A stretch of 64,000 nucleotides of DNA from an uncultured Alphaproteobacteria bacterium (lineage in GTDB: Bacteria; Pseudomonadota; Alphaproteobacteria; HIMB59; GCA-002718135), in assembly GCA_902522865.1 (NCBI GenBank), contig CABYXC010000009.1, positions 2,007 to 66,006 of the forward strand. Reading direction: 5' to 3'. The notes under the pieces were generated by a model. That model was not told where the DNA came from, did no database searches, and saw only the letters and a program-made list of their open reading frames with translations. Each line of letters opens with the position of its first letter. Position 1 is the first letter of the stretch. Both the position numbers and the translations under genes were made by a program. Shown piece after piece: positions 47,701 to 56,577 of this stretch.

Positions 47701-50557
47701 GAAGAGCTTCAAGCGCATCCACACTAATTGTAATATCACTACTAGAATCTTCAGTATAGGCTGTACCATCAAGATAATTAGATGACGTCAATAATTCTAC
47801 ACCTCCACTTGTATATCCTAAAGCAAGGTTGGAACCATCAGAACTTAAAGCCATTTTTTGTACATCTGCACCATTCAAAGCATAAAATGAGGAAATTAAT
47901 GTTGGGTTTGAAAAACTTGTATCACTAAAACCGTACCCTTTAATTATATAATCACCTGATGTGTTAGATGATATTAAAAGAGTGCGTCCGTCTCCACTTA
48001 ACGCATGAGCACGAACGCCACGATTTCCGCCAGCAGGGGCATCGAAGCTAATATTATTATTACCAGTACACGATGAGCAATCATGTGCAAATTGAAGAGC
48101 AAGTGAAGGATTAGAAAAATTATTATCTGAGAAAGTAACTATATTATGTTCAGAACCTGTAAACGAAAGAGCTGTGGCATCATCGGTTAAATTCAAATTA
48201 TATGGTATATTATTACCTAATGTATGGTAATTAATACTCGTTATGGGGAAAGTAGAATTATATGAATATGGTGTACTTCGACTCTCAGCCCAGAGTACCC
48301 TTGTTATTGTGGGAGATGTAAAATTTGTATCACTAAATGAAATTAAATGAATACCTTCAAGCACTGCTACTGCCATTCTTGATCCATCAGAATTAAGAGC
48401 GATCCCACCTCCAAATCCCTGGTTAAATAAATCTAATAGTTGTAAATTTTGACTGTAGGCTGCATTAGGAGTTTCGGAGATATGCCCAACAATGGTTGGA
48501 TTAGTAAAATTAGTATCGTCAAATTTAATAGTATAGACAGAACCCGCTTTACCGGGGGCGTTATGTATTGGTGCTCCTAATACCAGACGATCACCATCAT
48601 AATCTAAATCAAACTGAACCGGATAAGGATCATTTGATGGAAATTCAAAATCTAAACTGCCAGGATGAGTACCTGATAAAGCATCATAACCTTTACCTAT
48701 AATACCTCTAAGAGTTGGATTGGAAAAGTTTGTGTCACTAAACTGAAATAAATAAAGAGCTGGATAATTATTGCTACTATCATTATAGCCATCGTCAAGC
48801 CGTGAAAGTACACCAAGTTTTGTTCCATCTCCGCTTAATCTTACACCGGACATTCCAAATTGATCATCATTTGCCATATTAAAACTAGTCAAGTCGACTG
48901 CACTATTAGCAGAACTATCTATTATTGATTGATATGTCCAATTTTTTGAGGTGCCAACATCCCCGATAGTAATATTTTTAGGATCTAAAAGTAAATGACC
49001 ACCAGCACTAATTGAAATATCATTTAGTCCAATATGACGAAGTGTATCCTTTGATGATATTTCAACTGACCCGCCTATTGTTCCTGTTGCAAGAATTTTT
49101 CCCAGCATCGTTGTTTCTTGATCACTCCAAATGATTGCTGTGCCTGCATCACCATTACTAGAAGCAACGTCAATGATAGCGCCTTTGTTTATAAAAACAA
49201 ATTGTGCATTTTTCATACTTGGAAGAATTCCCCAACGATTAATAAATGTTTCTTCTTGTGCTGTTGTCCGTGTTAGATCATTACTTCCTTGAAACGCACC
49301 ACCAATTCTTACTAAACCACCTCTACTAGTACCACTCGCATCAAGGTTTGATGTATAAAGGGTTGCTTTACTGCTTGCTTCAATAGCAAGTCGTCCTCCC
49401 ACACCATTCAAACCTGCAGCTATAATATTTCCTGATGTTTCAAAATTTTTTGCACTAATATTTATGTCTCCTCCTTCTGTTCCAGAGGCATCTAAAGTGC
49501 TATTCGATGTTTGTATAATTTTATTTGATGACGAAAGAGTAATATTACCTCCTTGTGCCACTGTTGATGATGCATCAATGGATCCATCAAGATAGATATT
49601 ACCTATCGATGCAAAGTTAGCATTACCTGAATCTTCACCTGATACATCTACTTTTCCAGTAAAAGAGATTAAACCCGCATCAATATTAACGAGACCTTCC
49701 TTTGCAGTCATGTTTCCTAAAACATTAATAGGCGCTGTACTTCCTCCAAGAGTAATAACACCATTTTCTTGTGAAGCTGTTGTGGCAACAAGATTACCAG
49801 GAATGAACACGGCGTTGTTTAATGCTGTTTTAGCTGATCCAATATCAATATCTATAGTGTGAGCATTAGAAGATCCAGCATGTTGAATGAGAGCTTTAAC
49901 ATCTTTATTTTCGTCATCAAGAATAGTCGTGGCCAATTCTATTGGCACCGCTACTTGTAAAAACTTGTCTCCGCTTAAATCTAAGGTAATTTCTTTTCCC
50001 GCACCAAGACCAAGTTTTCCAAGGTTGGCATTAATAGTCCCTTCATTATTGATCGCACCACCTAGTAGAGCAGTAAAGCCTCCATCTAATGTCGTGATCG
50101 ATCCCTTATTAATAATTGATTGAAGGGATGATTGATTTGAAGAACTAAAAGAAAAAATCTTATTAAGAAAATTATCATTGGATAAAGCCAGCGTTGATGC
50201 AGCAAACGAATGAGCATTGATTGTTGCAGTTGGTGTGAAATAGACACCGTTTTCATTCACCACAAAAACTTTACCATTCGCATTTAATGCGCCTGCCAGT
50301 GTTGTTGGATTGCCAGAAATAACTCTATTAAGGGTACTAGAACTACTTGAAGGTTGTTGAAAGGTAACAGTATTATTTTCTCCGATATTAAAACTATTCC
50401 ATTCAATAATAGCCTGGTTTGATTGTTGGTCGATGGTCATCGTTTGAGTATCAGAGCTAATTGAAATATCACCTGTAATCGTTGTGTTACCACTTGGCAG
50501 TTCAGCCCATAAATAACAGGAAGAAAAAGTAATAATTAAAGTAATTAAGACCCTCAT
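46835..50557 (-). CDS. TpsA-type giant exoprotein 2, 1240 aa
   Basis: Same TPS domain (LNRVISGNPTTLAGALNANGKVFVVNENGVYF), a degenerate FG-GAP-like core, and a C-module nearly identical to that of exoprotein 3. Confidence 0.9.
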   Translation of the reverse strand: MRVLITLIITFSSCYLWAELPSGNTTITGDISISSDTQTMTIDQQSNQAIIEWNSFNIGENNTVTFQQPSSSSSTLNRVISGNPTTLAGALNANGKVFVVNENGVYFTPTATINAHSFAASTLALSNDNFLNKIFSFSSSNQSSLQSIINKGSITTLDGGFTALLGGAINNEGTINANLGKLGLGAGKEITLDLSGDKFLQVAVPIELATTILDDENKDVKALIQHAGSSNAHTIDIDIGSAKTALNNAVFIPGNLVATTASQENGVITLGGSTAPINVLGNMTAKEGLVNIDAGLISFTGKVDVSGEDSGNANFASIGNIYLDGSIDASSTVAQGGNITLSSSNKIIQTSNSTLDASGTEGGDINISAKNFETSGNIIAAGLNGVGGRLAIEASSKATLYTSNLDASGTSRGGLVRIGGAFQGSNDLTRTTAQEETFINRWGILPSMKNAQFVFINKGAIIDVASSNGDAGTAIIWSDQETTMLGKILATGTIGGSVEISSKDTLRHIGLNDISISAGGHLLLDPKNITIGDVGTSKNWTYQSIIDSSANSAVDLTSFNMANDDQFGMSGVRLSGDGTKLGVLSRLDDGYNDSSNNYPALYLFQFSDTNFSNPTLRGIIGKGYDALSGTHPGSLDFEFPSNDPYPVQFDLDYDGDRLVLGAPIHNAPGKAGSVYTIKFDDTNFTNPTIVGHISETPNAAYSQNLQLLDLFNQGFGGGIALNSDGSRMAVAVLEGIHLISFSDTNFTSPTITRVLWAESRSTPYSYNSTFPITSINYHTLGNNIPYNLNLTDDATALSFTGSEHNIVTFSDNNFSNPSLALQFAHDCSSCTGNNNISFDAPAGGNRGVRAHALSGDGRTLLISSNTSGDYIIKGYGFSDTSFSNPTLISSFYALNGADVQKMALSSDGSNLALGYTSGGVELLTSSNYLDGTAYTEDSSSDITISVDALEALLDTNVNVTLQANTDIIINAPITTTGTGTLSLHAGRDVDINKSISTSGNLAIIASDTSANNVVSAQRDSGTGDILAAYESDGTTSISLSASDLDITLNNGSGVSNASMGNIELATITATTGTLQSANFSGSGAAVSDKAHDGTTSATVATTGSVSGLTLVGSDLALVNTATFTSATIGAAKDATVDYDLSGYLSSTMDVTDTSSTAITESVTAAITGTSSSSSSIENNNVEVTSNDQTEIVENMIGDINKIVPFVSVDAIVGSNMSLQLAREANIQSTPNTEGLGFQSL
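48940..50557 (-). repeat. tpsA 5' conserved module, copy 2; approximate inner edge
   Basis: Ends ...SKDTLRHIGL...GGHLLLDPKNIT. Long nucleotide-level matches to copies 1 and 3, for example CATTCACCACAAAAACTTTACCATT in copies 1 and 2. Confidence 0.75.
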
Positions 50558-50563
50558 TAGTGT

Positions 50564-51455
50564 TTATAGACTTTGAATACCTAACCCTTCAGTATTTGGA
50601 GCAGATTGTATGTTACTTTCTCTTGCTAATTGAAGAGATATGGTTGAACCAACGATAGCGTCCACAGATACAAAAGGAACAATTTTATTAATATCTCCAA
50701 TCATATTTTCCACAATATCTCTTTGATCCCTACTAGTCACTGCGGCAATACTATTTTCTTCTGAAGAATTATTTGAATTGCTACTTGATGAACTGCTAGA
50801 ACTAGCTTCAGTGATTGCAGCTGTGACACTCTCGGTAATAGCAGTGCTGCTTGTATCTGTTACATCCATAGCACTACTTAAATAGCCACTAAGATCATAA
50901 TCCACTGTTGCATCTTTTGCAGATCCAGCAGTTGACGATGTAAAACTTGCTGTATTCACCACTGATAGATCACTACCAACTAACGTTAATCCTGAAACAG
51001 AACCAGTATTGGAAACAGTCGCCGAGGTATTACCATCATAGGTTTTATCACTAACGCCAGCTCCTGACGCACTAAAGTTGGCTGATTGTATTGTTCCTGT
51101 TGTTGCCGTAATGGTAGCAAGTTCAATATCCCCCATACTAGCATTTGTAATACCGCTTCCATTATTAAGTGTAATATCCAAATCACTCGCCGTTAAACTA
51201 ATCGCTGTCGTCCCATCACTTTCGTAGGCTGCTAAAATATCACCGGTTCCGCTATCACGCTGGGCACTCACTACATTATTACTTGATGTGTCACTCGCAA
51301 TAATAGCTAAATTACCAGAAGTACTAATCGACTTATTAATATCAACATCACGTCCAGCATGCAGACTTAATGTTCCTGTACCAGTTGTTGTAATGGCTGA
51401 GTTAACAGTAATATCACTATTTGCTTGCAACGTCACATTCACATTTGCATCAAGA
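50564..51455 (-). repeat. tpsA 3' conserved module, copy 3; approximate inner edge
   Basis: Starts VNVTLQANSDITVNSAITTTGTGTLSLHAGRDVDINKSISTSGNLAIIASD. It carries a longer Ser-rich linker than copy 2. Confidence 0.8.
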
Positions 51456-54400
51456 AGATTTTTTAATTCTGTTGTATTAATAATCACATCATCGCTTGAC
51501 GAGTCCGTATACGAATACCCCCCTGATAAAATATTTTCTTTCAGTAAAAGTGCACCACCAAGACCATAACCAGTGTTGCTATTATTGTAACCCAAATCCA
51601 TTGGTGTACCTATAACTAACATTTTACCTGTATCGTCCATGGACATTGCCCCTCCTGCGTATTGGGTTTGATAATAATCAGTATTACCACTAATTTTTGA
51701 TTTAAAAGTACCGTTTGGAGTTATTGTTTGCTTTATTTCTGGGTTCCCAAAACTAGAATCTGAAAAACCAATTAGATGCAGTCTACTATCATCAGATCCA
51801 CGACCACTTACAGCTAAACGGGTACCGTCCCCACTTAATGCTATGGTGACATGATGCACTTTTTCTGTCCAATAATTAGTATATGAAGATGCAGTGTTAT
51901 ATCCACCAGATACTACATGACCCCAATCAAAAGTTTCTGGGAGTATTTTACTATTATTATATAGATATCCTGAATTGCCCGAATAACAACTTTGTGTTGC
52001 CTGACAAGTAATACTGCTATCATTTTCTGATGTAATTGCCCCTACATAAGTTGGTGTAAGAAAATTACTATCAGCAAAGGTGAAAAGATGAATGGCATTC
52101 TGCGACTTGCTTGCGGTATTTACCACAGATCCCGATGTCGTAACTACAGAATTACATACACTTCCAGCGTTAGCATAAGAATTTGAACAATTAGCATAAT
52201 TATGGAGAACGACCAACTTTGTTGCATCATTTGATAATTCTATATCCCAACCAAAATAAGATCCACCAGCTCGCCACATTATTCGATTATTTTCAATTGG
52301 TGCATCATAGCCAATATCTAAACTATGGGAGCCAGTGAGATCTATACCTTGCATATAACCAGTATTACCCTTACCAATTCTTCCCGTAAATGATGGCGAA
52401 GAGAAGTTTGTATCACTGAACGAAATTAAGTTTATTCCTTCACGTTGTTGAAGATTTGTTTCCATAGTAAAATCTTGGTAAGTTAGCGCCAAGCGTGAAC
52501 CATCTGCATTAAGTGCAACGTCTACGTGATGACCCCATGAACTAGTAAATTCAGATTCTCCAGCGTACATATCAAGATCATTCGAAGTAAGTGGGATATC
52601 AAAACTAGAAAATCTAGTTCCTATTATGCCAACATGTTGGGGGTTAGAAAAATTGGTATCATCAAATTTTACTGTTCTTACACCGGGTATAGAGAGAGCG
52701 GTGCCTACCGTGTAGTCATTAATAACTGAATTTCTTCTTATCGCGTCAAAAGAATAAACTAAACGGTCGCCGTCTTGATCAAGTGCAACGTTACGCATAT
52801 ACATACCAGACGTATCAAGATCATTACTACCGCTTGCCCCATTATATAACTGTCCTCTTAATGTTGCATTACTAAAATCCGTATCATCAAAGGTAAAAAG
52901 TAAAATTCTACCTGTTTGACGTGGACAACCCCAACCACAATGAGTGGGTATCTGTACTGATGCTATAGCTAAATTTTTTCCATTACCACTTAATGCAACA
53001 CTAGATCCAATTCTTGTGTTTGTATCAGAATAAACAACAGTACCACCTAAACTACCCTCACTACTATTTAAATCATAGTCCTTACTGCCGGTATAATCAA
53101 AACCAATCACGCCTTGTAAAGACCAACTTTGTGATCCCGCAGTATCACTGATGATAATATTTTTTGGATCAAGAAGAAGATGACCACCCTCTACCATCTT
53201 GATATTTTGTAAACCTAAATAACGAAGAGTATCTTTTGATGAAATTTCTACTGAACCTCCTTGAAGTCCCATTGCATTAATATGCCCTAACATGGTTGTC
53301 TCTTGATCACTCCACAAAATTAGTGTGCCAGGTGTTTGATCTGATTCAATATTGAGGGTTGATCCATCATTAATAAAAAGTGTGTTAACATTTTCCATTG
53401 TTGGTACATTTCCCCACCTTGTTACAAATGTTTCTTCTTGCTCATTTGTTCTAGTGAGATCATATCCTCCTTGAAAGGCACCTCCTATGCGTACAAGCCC
53501 TCCTTGTTGTGAGCCTGAGGCAGTAATATCCGATGATAGAAGTCGAATAGAATTTGTTCCTTCTATATCAATGCGACCACCCTTAGCCGTACTCCCATTT
53601 GATGACAGTGTACCTGAGGAAATAATCGTATTACCTGATAATGCTATTGATCCTCCATTTGTGCCATTAGCGGAAATAAGACTTTTATCCATTTGCATGA
53701 TAGACGGTGATGTAAGTTCTATTGCACCACCAGTATTGTTTTGAGAGTCAGCTAGAATAGATCCAGAAACACTAAGTTCTCCTTTACTGGTAATTGTAAT
53801 GCTCCCCGGTAAATCATCTGATACATCTATTGTTCCACCAAGAGAAAGAGTATCACTGGTAATATTAATGTCCCCTGTTGACGTTGCTTTGAGAGATCCA
53901 TCAATTTTAATAGTTCCACTTCCTGATAAAATAATTTTCCCCTTTTGTTGTTCAGCTTTATTTGCAATCAAAGAGCCAGGAATATTAATTGCATTCGATA
54001 AAATATTTTTAGCTGTTCCAACATCTAACTCTATAGTGTTTCCCTTTGTTGAGCCACTATGACTGATTAAAGAGTCAAGTGTATTGCCTTCATTATCAAC
54101 AACTGTTGATGCTGTATCAAGGGGAACTGCTACTTGTAAAAATTTGTCTCCACTTAAGTCTAGTGCGATTTCTTTTCCAGCGCCAAGACCAACTTTTCCA
54201 AGGTTTGCATTAATGGTACCTTCGTTATTGATCGCACCACCTAGTAGTGCAGTGAAACCTCCATCCAAAGTTGTTATCGATCCTTTATTGATAACAGATT
54301 TCAATGACGATTGATTTGAAGAACTAAAAGAAAAAATATTATTGAGAAAATTATCATTGGAGAGAGCAAGCGTGGAGGCAGCAAAAGAATGCGCATTAAT

Positions 54401-54739
54401 TGTAGATGTTGGTGTAAAATAGACACCGTTTTCATTGACAACATATACCTTACCATTCGCATTCAAAGATCCTGCCAGTGTGGTAGGATTGCCGGAGATA
54501 ACTCTATTAAGTGCACTAGAACTTGATGATGATTGATTAAAGGTAACGGTATTATTTTCTCCGATATTAAAACTATTCCATTCAATAATGGCTTGATCCG
54601 ATTGTTGCTGTATCGTCATCGACTGATCATTGGAGGTAATAGTAATATCACCTGCAATAGTTGCATTACCACTTGGCAGCTCAGCCAATACAAAGCAGGA
54701 ATAAAAAATGGTTATAATTAAAGTAATAAAGACTCTCAT
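50564..54739 (-). CDS. TpsA-type giant exoprotein 3, about 1391 aa
   Basis: Same TPS domain. The ATG at 54739 (MRVFITLIIT...) aligns with the start of exoprotein 2 (MRVLITLIIT...) and is preferred over the TTG at 54781 in the ORF track. Confidence 0.9.
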   Translation of the reverse strand: MRVFITLIITIFYSCFVLAELPSGNATIAGDITITSNDQSMTIQQQSDQAIIEWNSFNIGENNTVTFNQSSSSSSALNRVISGNPTTLAGSLNANGKVYVVNENGVYFTPTSTINAHSFAASTLALSNDNFLNNIFSFSSSNQSSLKSVINKGSITTLDGGFTALLGGAINNEGTINANLGKVGLGAGKEIALDLSGDKFLQVAVPLDTASTVVDNEGNTLDSLISHSGSTKGNTIELDVGTAKNILSNAINIPGSLIANKAEQQKGKIILSGSGTIKIDGSLKATSTGDINITSDTLSLGGTIDVSDDLPGSITITSKGELSVSGSILADSQNNTGGAIELTSPSIMQMDKSLISANGTNGGSIALSGNTIISSGTLSSNGSTAKGGRIDIEGTNSIRLLSSDITASGSQQGGLVRIGGAFQGGYDLTRTNEQEETFVTRWGNVPTMENVNTLFINDGSTLNIESDQTPGTLILWSDQETTMLGHINAMGLQGGSVEISSKDTLRYLGLQNIKMVEGGHLLLDPKNIIISDTAGSQSWSLQGVIGFDYTGSKDYDLNSSEGSLGGTVVYSDTNTRIGSSVALSGNGKNLAIASVQIPTHCGWGCPRQTGRILLFTFDDTDFSNATLRGQLYNGASGSNDLDTSGMYMRNVALDQDGDRLVYSFDAIRRNSVINDYTVGTALSIPGVRTVKFDDTNFSNPQHVGIIGTRFSSFDIPLTSNDLDMYAGESEFTSSWGHHVDVALNADGSRLALTYQDFTMETNLQQREGINLISFSDTNFSSPSFTGRIGKGNTGYMQGIDLTGSHSLDIGYDAPIENNRIMWRAGGSYFGWDIELSNDATKLVVLHNYANCSNSYANAGSVCNSVVTTSGSVVNTASKSQNAIHLFTFADSNFLTPTYVGAITSENDSSITCQATQSCYSGNSGYLYNNSKILPETFDWGHVVSGGYNTASSYTNYWTEKVHHVTIALSGDGTRLAVSGRGSDDSRLHLIGFSDSSFGNPEIKQTITPNGTFKSKISGNTDYYQTQYAGGAMSMDDTGKMLVIGTPMDLGYNNSNTGYGLGGALLLKENILSGGYSYTDSSSDDVIINTTELKNLLDANVNVTLQANSDITVNSAITTTGTGTLSLHAGRDVDINKSISTSGNLAIIASDTSSNNVVSAQRDSGTGDILAAYESDGTTAISLTASDLDITLNNGSGITNASMGDIELATITATTGTIQSANFSASGAGVSDKTYDGNTSATVSNTGSVSGLTLVGSDLSVVNTASFTSSTAGSAKDATVDYDLSGYLSSAMDVTDTSSTAITESVTAAITEASSSSSSSSNSNNSSEENSIAAVTSRDQRDIVENMIGDINKIVPFVSVDAIVGSTISLQLARESNIQSAPNTEGLGIQSL
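53123..54739 (-). repeat. tpsA 5' conserved module, copy 3; approximate inner edge
   Basis: Ends ...SKDTLRYLGL...GGHLLLDPKNII. Confidence 0.75.
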
Positions 54740-54885
54740 AATATTTTTACGAGGCCTTTTTTTTATAAGGGTTTTGACCAACCTTAATTAAGATTTATTA
54801 TAGATCAAATTTAGTAAATATTTACAATTAAATTATAACGGTATTTAAAGAAAAATAAAAATTATTGCATTATGTAGCTCTAGTC

Positions 54886-56199
54886 TTAGCTTATTCGTTG
54901 ATAAATCCTACCCATATAAGAGAAAAGGGTCAAGGCTCTGGTAATAAAGAAAAGGCAGAGAGATAGCCATAATCCTGTATTCCCAAAACTTGCTATTAAA
55001 AAGAAAGAGACAACAATATAGATGGCGACAGAGACGATCATCGCATTACGCAGTTCAGTTGTTTGCGAGGCTCCAACAAAGATACCATCAAATTGAAAAC
55101 AAAAAGAAGCCGCAAAAGGAATAATAATAATCCAGTAAGAATAAGAAAAGCTGATCTCTCGTATATTTGGTAAGTCTGTCATTGTAATAATGTAATAATT
55201 TTTGCTTAAGAAAAAGATGGCACAAATTATTAATCCTGTTGCCGTGCTTAAGATAAAGGAATTTTTTATCACATCATTTAATAACTGTCGGTTTTTTGAT
55301 CCAATAGAGTATCCAACGATACCTTCGGTAGAAAAGGCATAGGCATCAAGAACATAAGCGGATAACATAATAAAATTAAGCAAAATGGTATTTGCCGCTA
55401 CTGTTTCTTCGCTGATAGAATTACTAAGATAGGTAAAATATAAAAAGGCAAAAGCAAGAAGAAGAGATCGGATAAATATATTAAGATTAATATTAAAAAT
55501 ATTTTTTACTTTACTAAGATTAAAAATTTTTTTTGAATTAAATTCTAATTGGGTCATCTTGCTTAAAGCATAGAATGTATAAAATAAAAAGATTATTGTT
55601 GTCAGTGTTGAAGCTACAAGTGTGCCTAAGGCAACACCTAAAACATTTAAATTAAAAAATAAAACAAAAACTAAACTTAAAATTATATTTGCAAGAGAAT
55701 AAAATCCTACAATGAGACTGGATGTTTTAGTTTTTTGTAAACCAATAAACAATCCTGTAATTACAAAAATTGTAAGCTCGCCAAAAGAAGAATAAATACG
55801 AAAAGTAAAATAATCGTTAAAATAAAGTTTTGTTTCCTGTGATAACTCAAAAATAGATAAGGAAATATTATATATGTATGTTTGAAGAATAATTAATAAG
55901 AGGGAAATAATTATAACAAAAGCAATATTACGTAAAAAAATATTTATAATTTCTTCATAATCATTGGATCCATCTGCCTGTGATATCATACCTACCGTTC
56001 CTGAACGTAAAAAACCAAAACTGCCAAAAAGAATGGAGAAGATACTTGCTGCAATACTGGTAGCAACCAAGTAACTTGCATTATCAAGATTGCCCATTAA
56101 ACCTGTATCAACTATAGCTACAAAAGGAACGACTAAATTTGCGAAGAAAATCGGGATAGATAATTTAAAAATATTTTGAATGGATGATTTTGACGACAT
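54886..56199 (-). CDS. MATE-family efflux transporter
   Basis: 437 aa with 12 hydrophobic segments. The N-terminus LSIPIFFANLVVPFVAIVDTGLMGNL is typical of the first MATE repeat. Confidence 0.75.
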   Translation of the reverse strand: MSSKSSIQNIFKLSIPIFFANLVVPFVAIVDTGLMGNLDNASYLVATSIAASIFSILFGSFGFLRSGTVGMISQADGSNDYEEIINIFLRNIAFVIIISLLLIILQTYIYNISLSIFELSQETKLYFNDYFTFRIYSSFGELTIFVITGLFIGLQKTKTSSLIVGFYSLANIILSLVFVLFFNLNVLGVALGTLVASTLTTIIFLFYTFYALSKMTQLEFNSKKIFNLSKVKNIFNINLNIFIRSLLLAFAFLYFTYLSNSISEETVAANTILLNFIMLSAYVLDAYAFSTEGIVGYSIGSKNRQLLNDVIKNSFILSTATGLIICAIFFLSKNYYIITMTDLPNIREISFSYSYWIIIIPFAASFCFQFDGIFVGASQTTELRNAMIVSVAIYIVVSFFLIASFGNTGLWLSLCLFFITRALTLFSYMGRIYQRIS

Positions 56200-56267
56200 T
56201 TTAAGAATAGAATTTTTATTAGTTAGTCGTTTTGAGGTTTTTTATAATTTGTTCAAGTAGTAAGAAT

Positions 56268-56295
56268 AAAAAAAACCCCCATATGTGGGGGTTTT
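56268..56295 (-). terminator. intrinsic terminator hairpin inside the MATE gene 5' leader (candidate attenuator)
   Basis: CCCCC(56276-80)/GGGGG(56287-91) stem with a 6-nt loop. On the minus strand it is followed by eight U (plus-strand A run 56268-56275). It lies about 70 nt upstream of the MATE start, between divergently oriented genes. Confidence 0.6.
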
Positions 56296-56382
56296 ATAAA
56301 TTCGGCTCATCACCTAATGCGAGGCCTTTTAAAAAAAGGTCTGCTTAAATTGCTTGTTTGGCTTTGGTTGTGGACACCACCC

Positions 56383-56417
56383 TTATTGTGTTGGCGGACT
56401 CATTTTTTTAACTCCTT
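56383..56417 (-). promoter_or_regulatory. candidate leader uORF (MSPPTQ*) with canonical Shine-Dalgarno
   Basis: AAGGAG at 56417-56412, an 8-nt spacer, ATG at 56403-56401, then AGT CCG CCA ACA CAA TAA ending at 56383. It sits at the 5' edge of an unusually GC-rich intergenic patch (about 56300-56400). Confidence 0.35.
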
Positions 56418-56577
56418 TATTTGGGAGCACGATCAATTATAATTTTATAAAATTCTAATTATTTTTTCAAATAATATATTGGTGAAATTTGATACTAAAG
56501 TATTTGGCAAATAAATTAAAAAGAATATAATTCACTATCTTTATTTCCTAAATCTTATAAAACTCCAATTAATTTAA

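Noticed and set aside
41544-54721. Plus-strand ORFs of 62-138 aa antisense to the tpsA genes (41544-41801, 41823-42239, 47187-47474, 49887-50123, 51288-51569, 53487-53744, 53799-54062, 54084-54314, 54533-54721), plus the same-strand alternate-frame ORF 50986-51186.
   Set aside because: They lie entirely inside long, motif-rich minus-strand genes. Their translations are low-complexity (Pro/Ser/Val/Ile runs), as expected from reverse-reading Gly/Thr/Asn/Asp-rich codons. There are no start-site signals and no independent motif support.
41498-54739. Interpretation of the tpsA array as a contact-dependent inhibition (CdiA/CdiI) or other toxin-immunity system.
   Set aside because: I found no VENN-type pre-toxin boundary. 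The extreme C-termini are the conserved part rather than the variable part. There is no room for immunity genes, because the gaps are 6, 6 and 0 nt. The variable segment is an internal repeat array.
54740-54781. TTG start at 54781, which adds MVKTLIKKRPRKNI to TpsA3 (a possible extended signal-peptide region).
   Set aside because: The paralogue TpsA2 begins exactly at the equivalent MRV(L/F)ITLIIT. The extension is basic, not ESPR-like, and depends on a rare TTG. ATG at 54739 is preferred, though experimentally unverified.
54797-54837. Sigma70-like elements upstream of tpsA3 on the minus strand: TTGTAA (54827-54822), then a 19-nt spacer, then TATAAT (54802-54797), and a second TATAAT at 54837-54832.
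   Set aside because: The spacer is non-optimal, and such hexamers arise by chance in sequence this AT-rich. The support is not enough to annotate a promoter.
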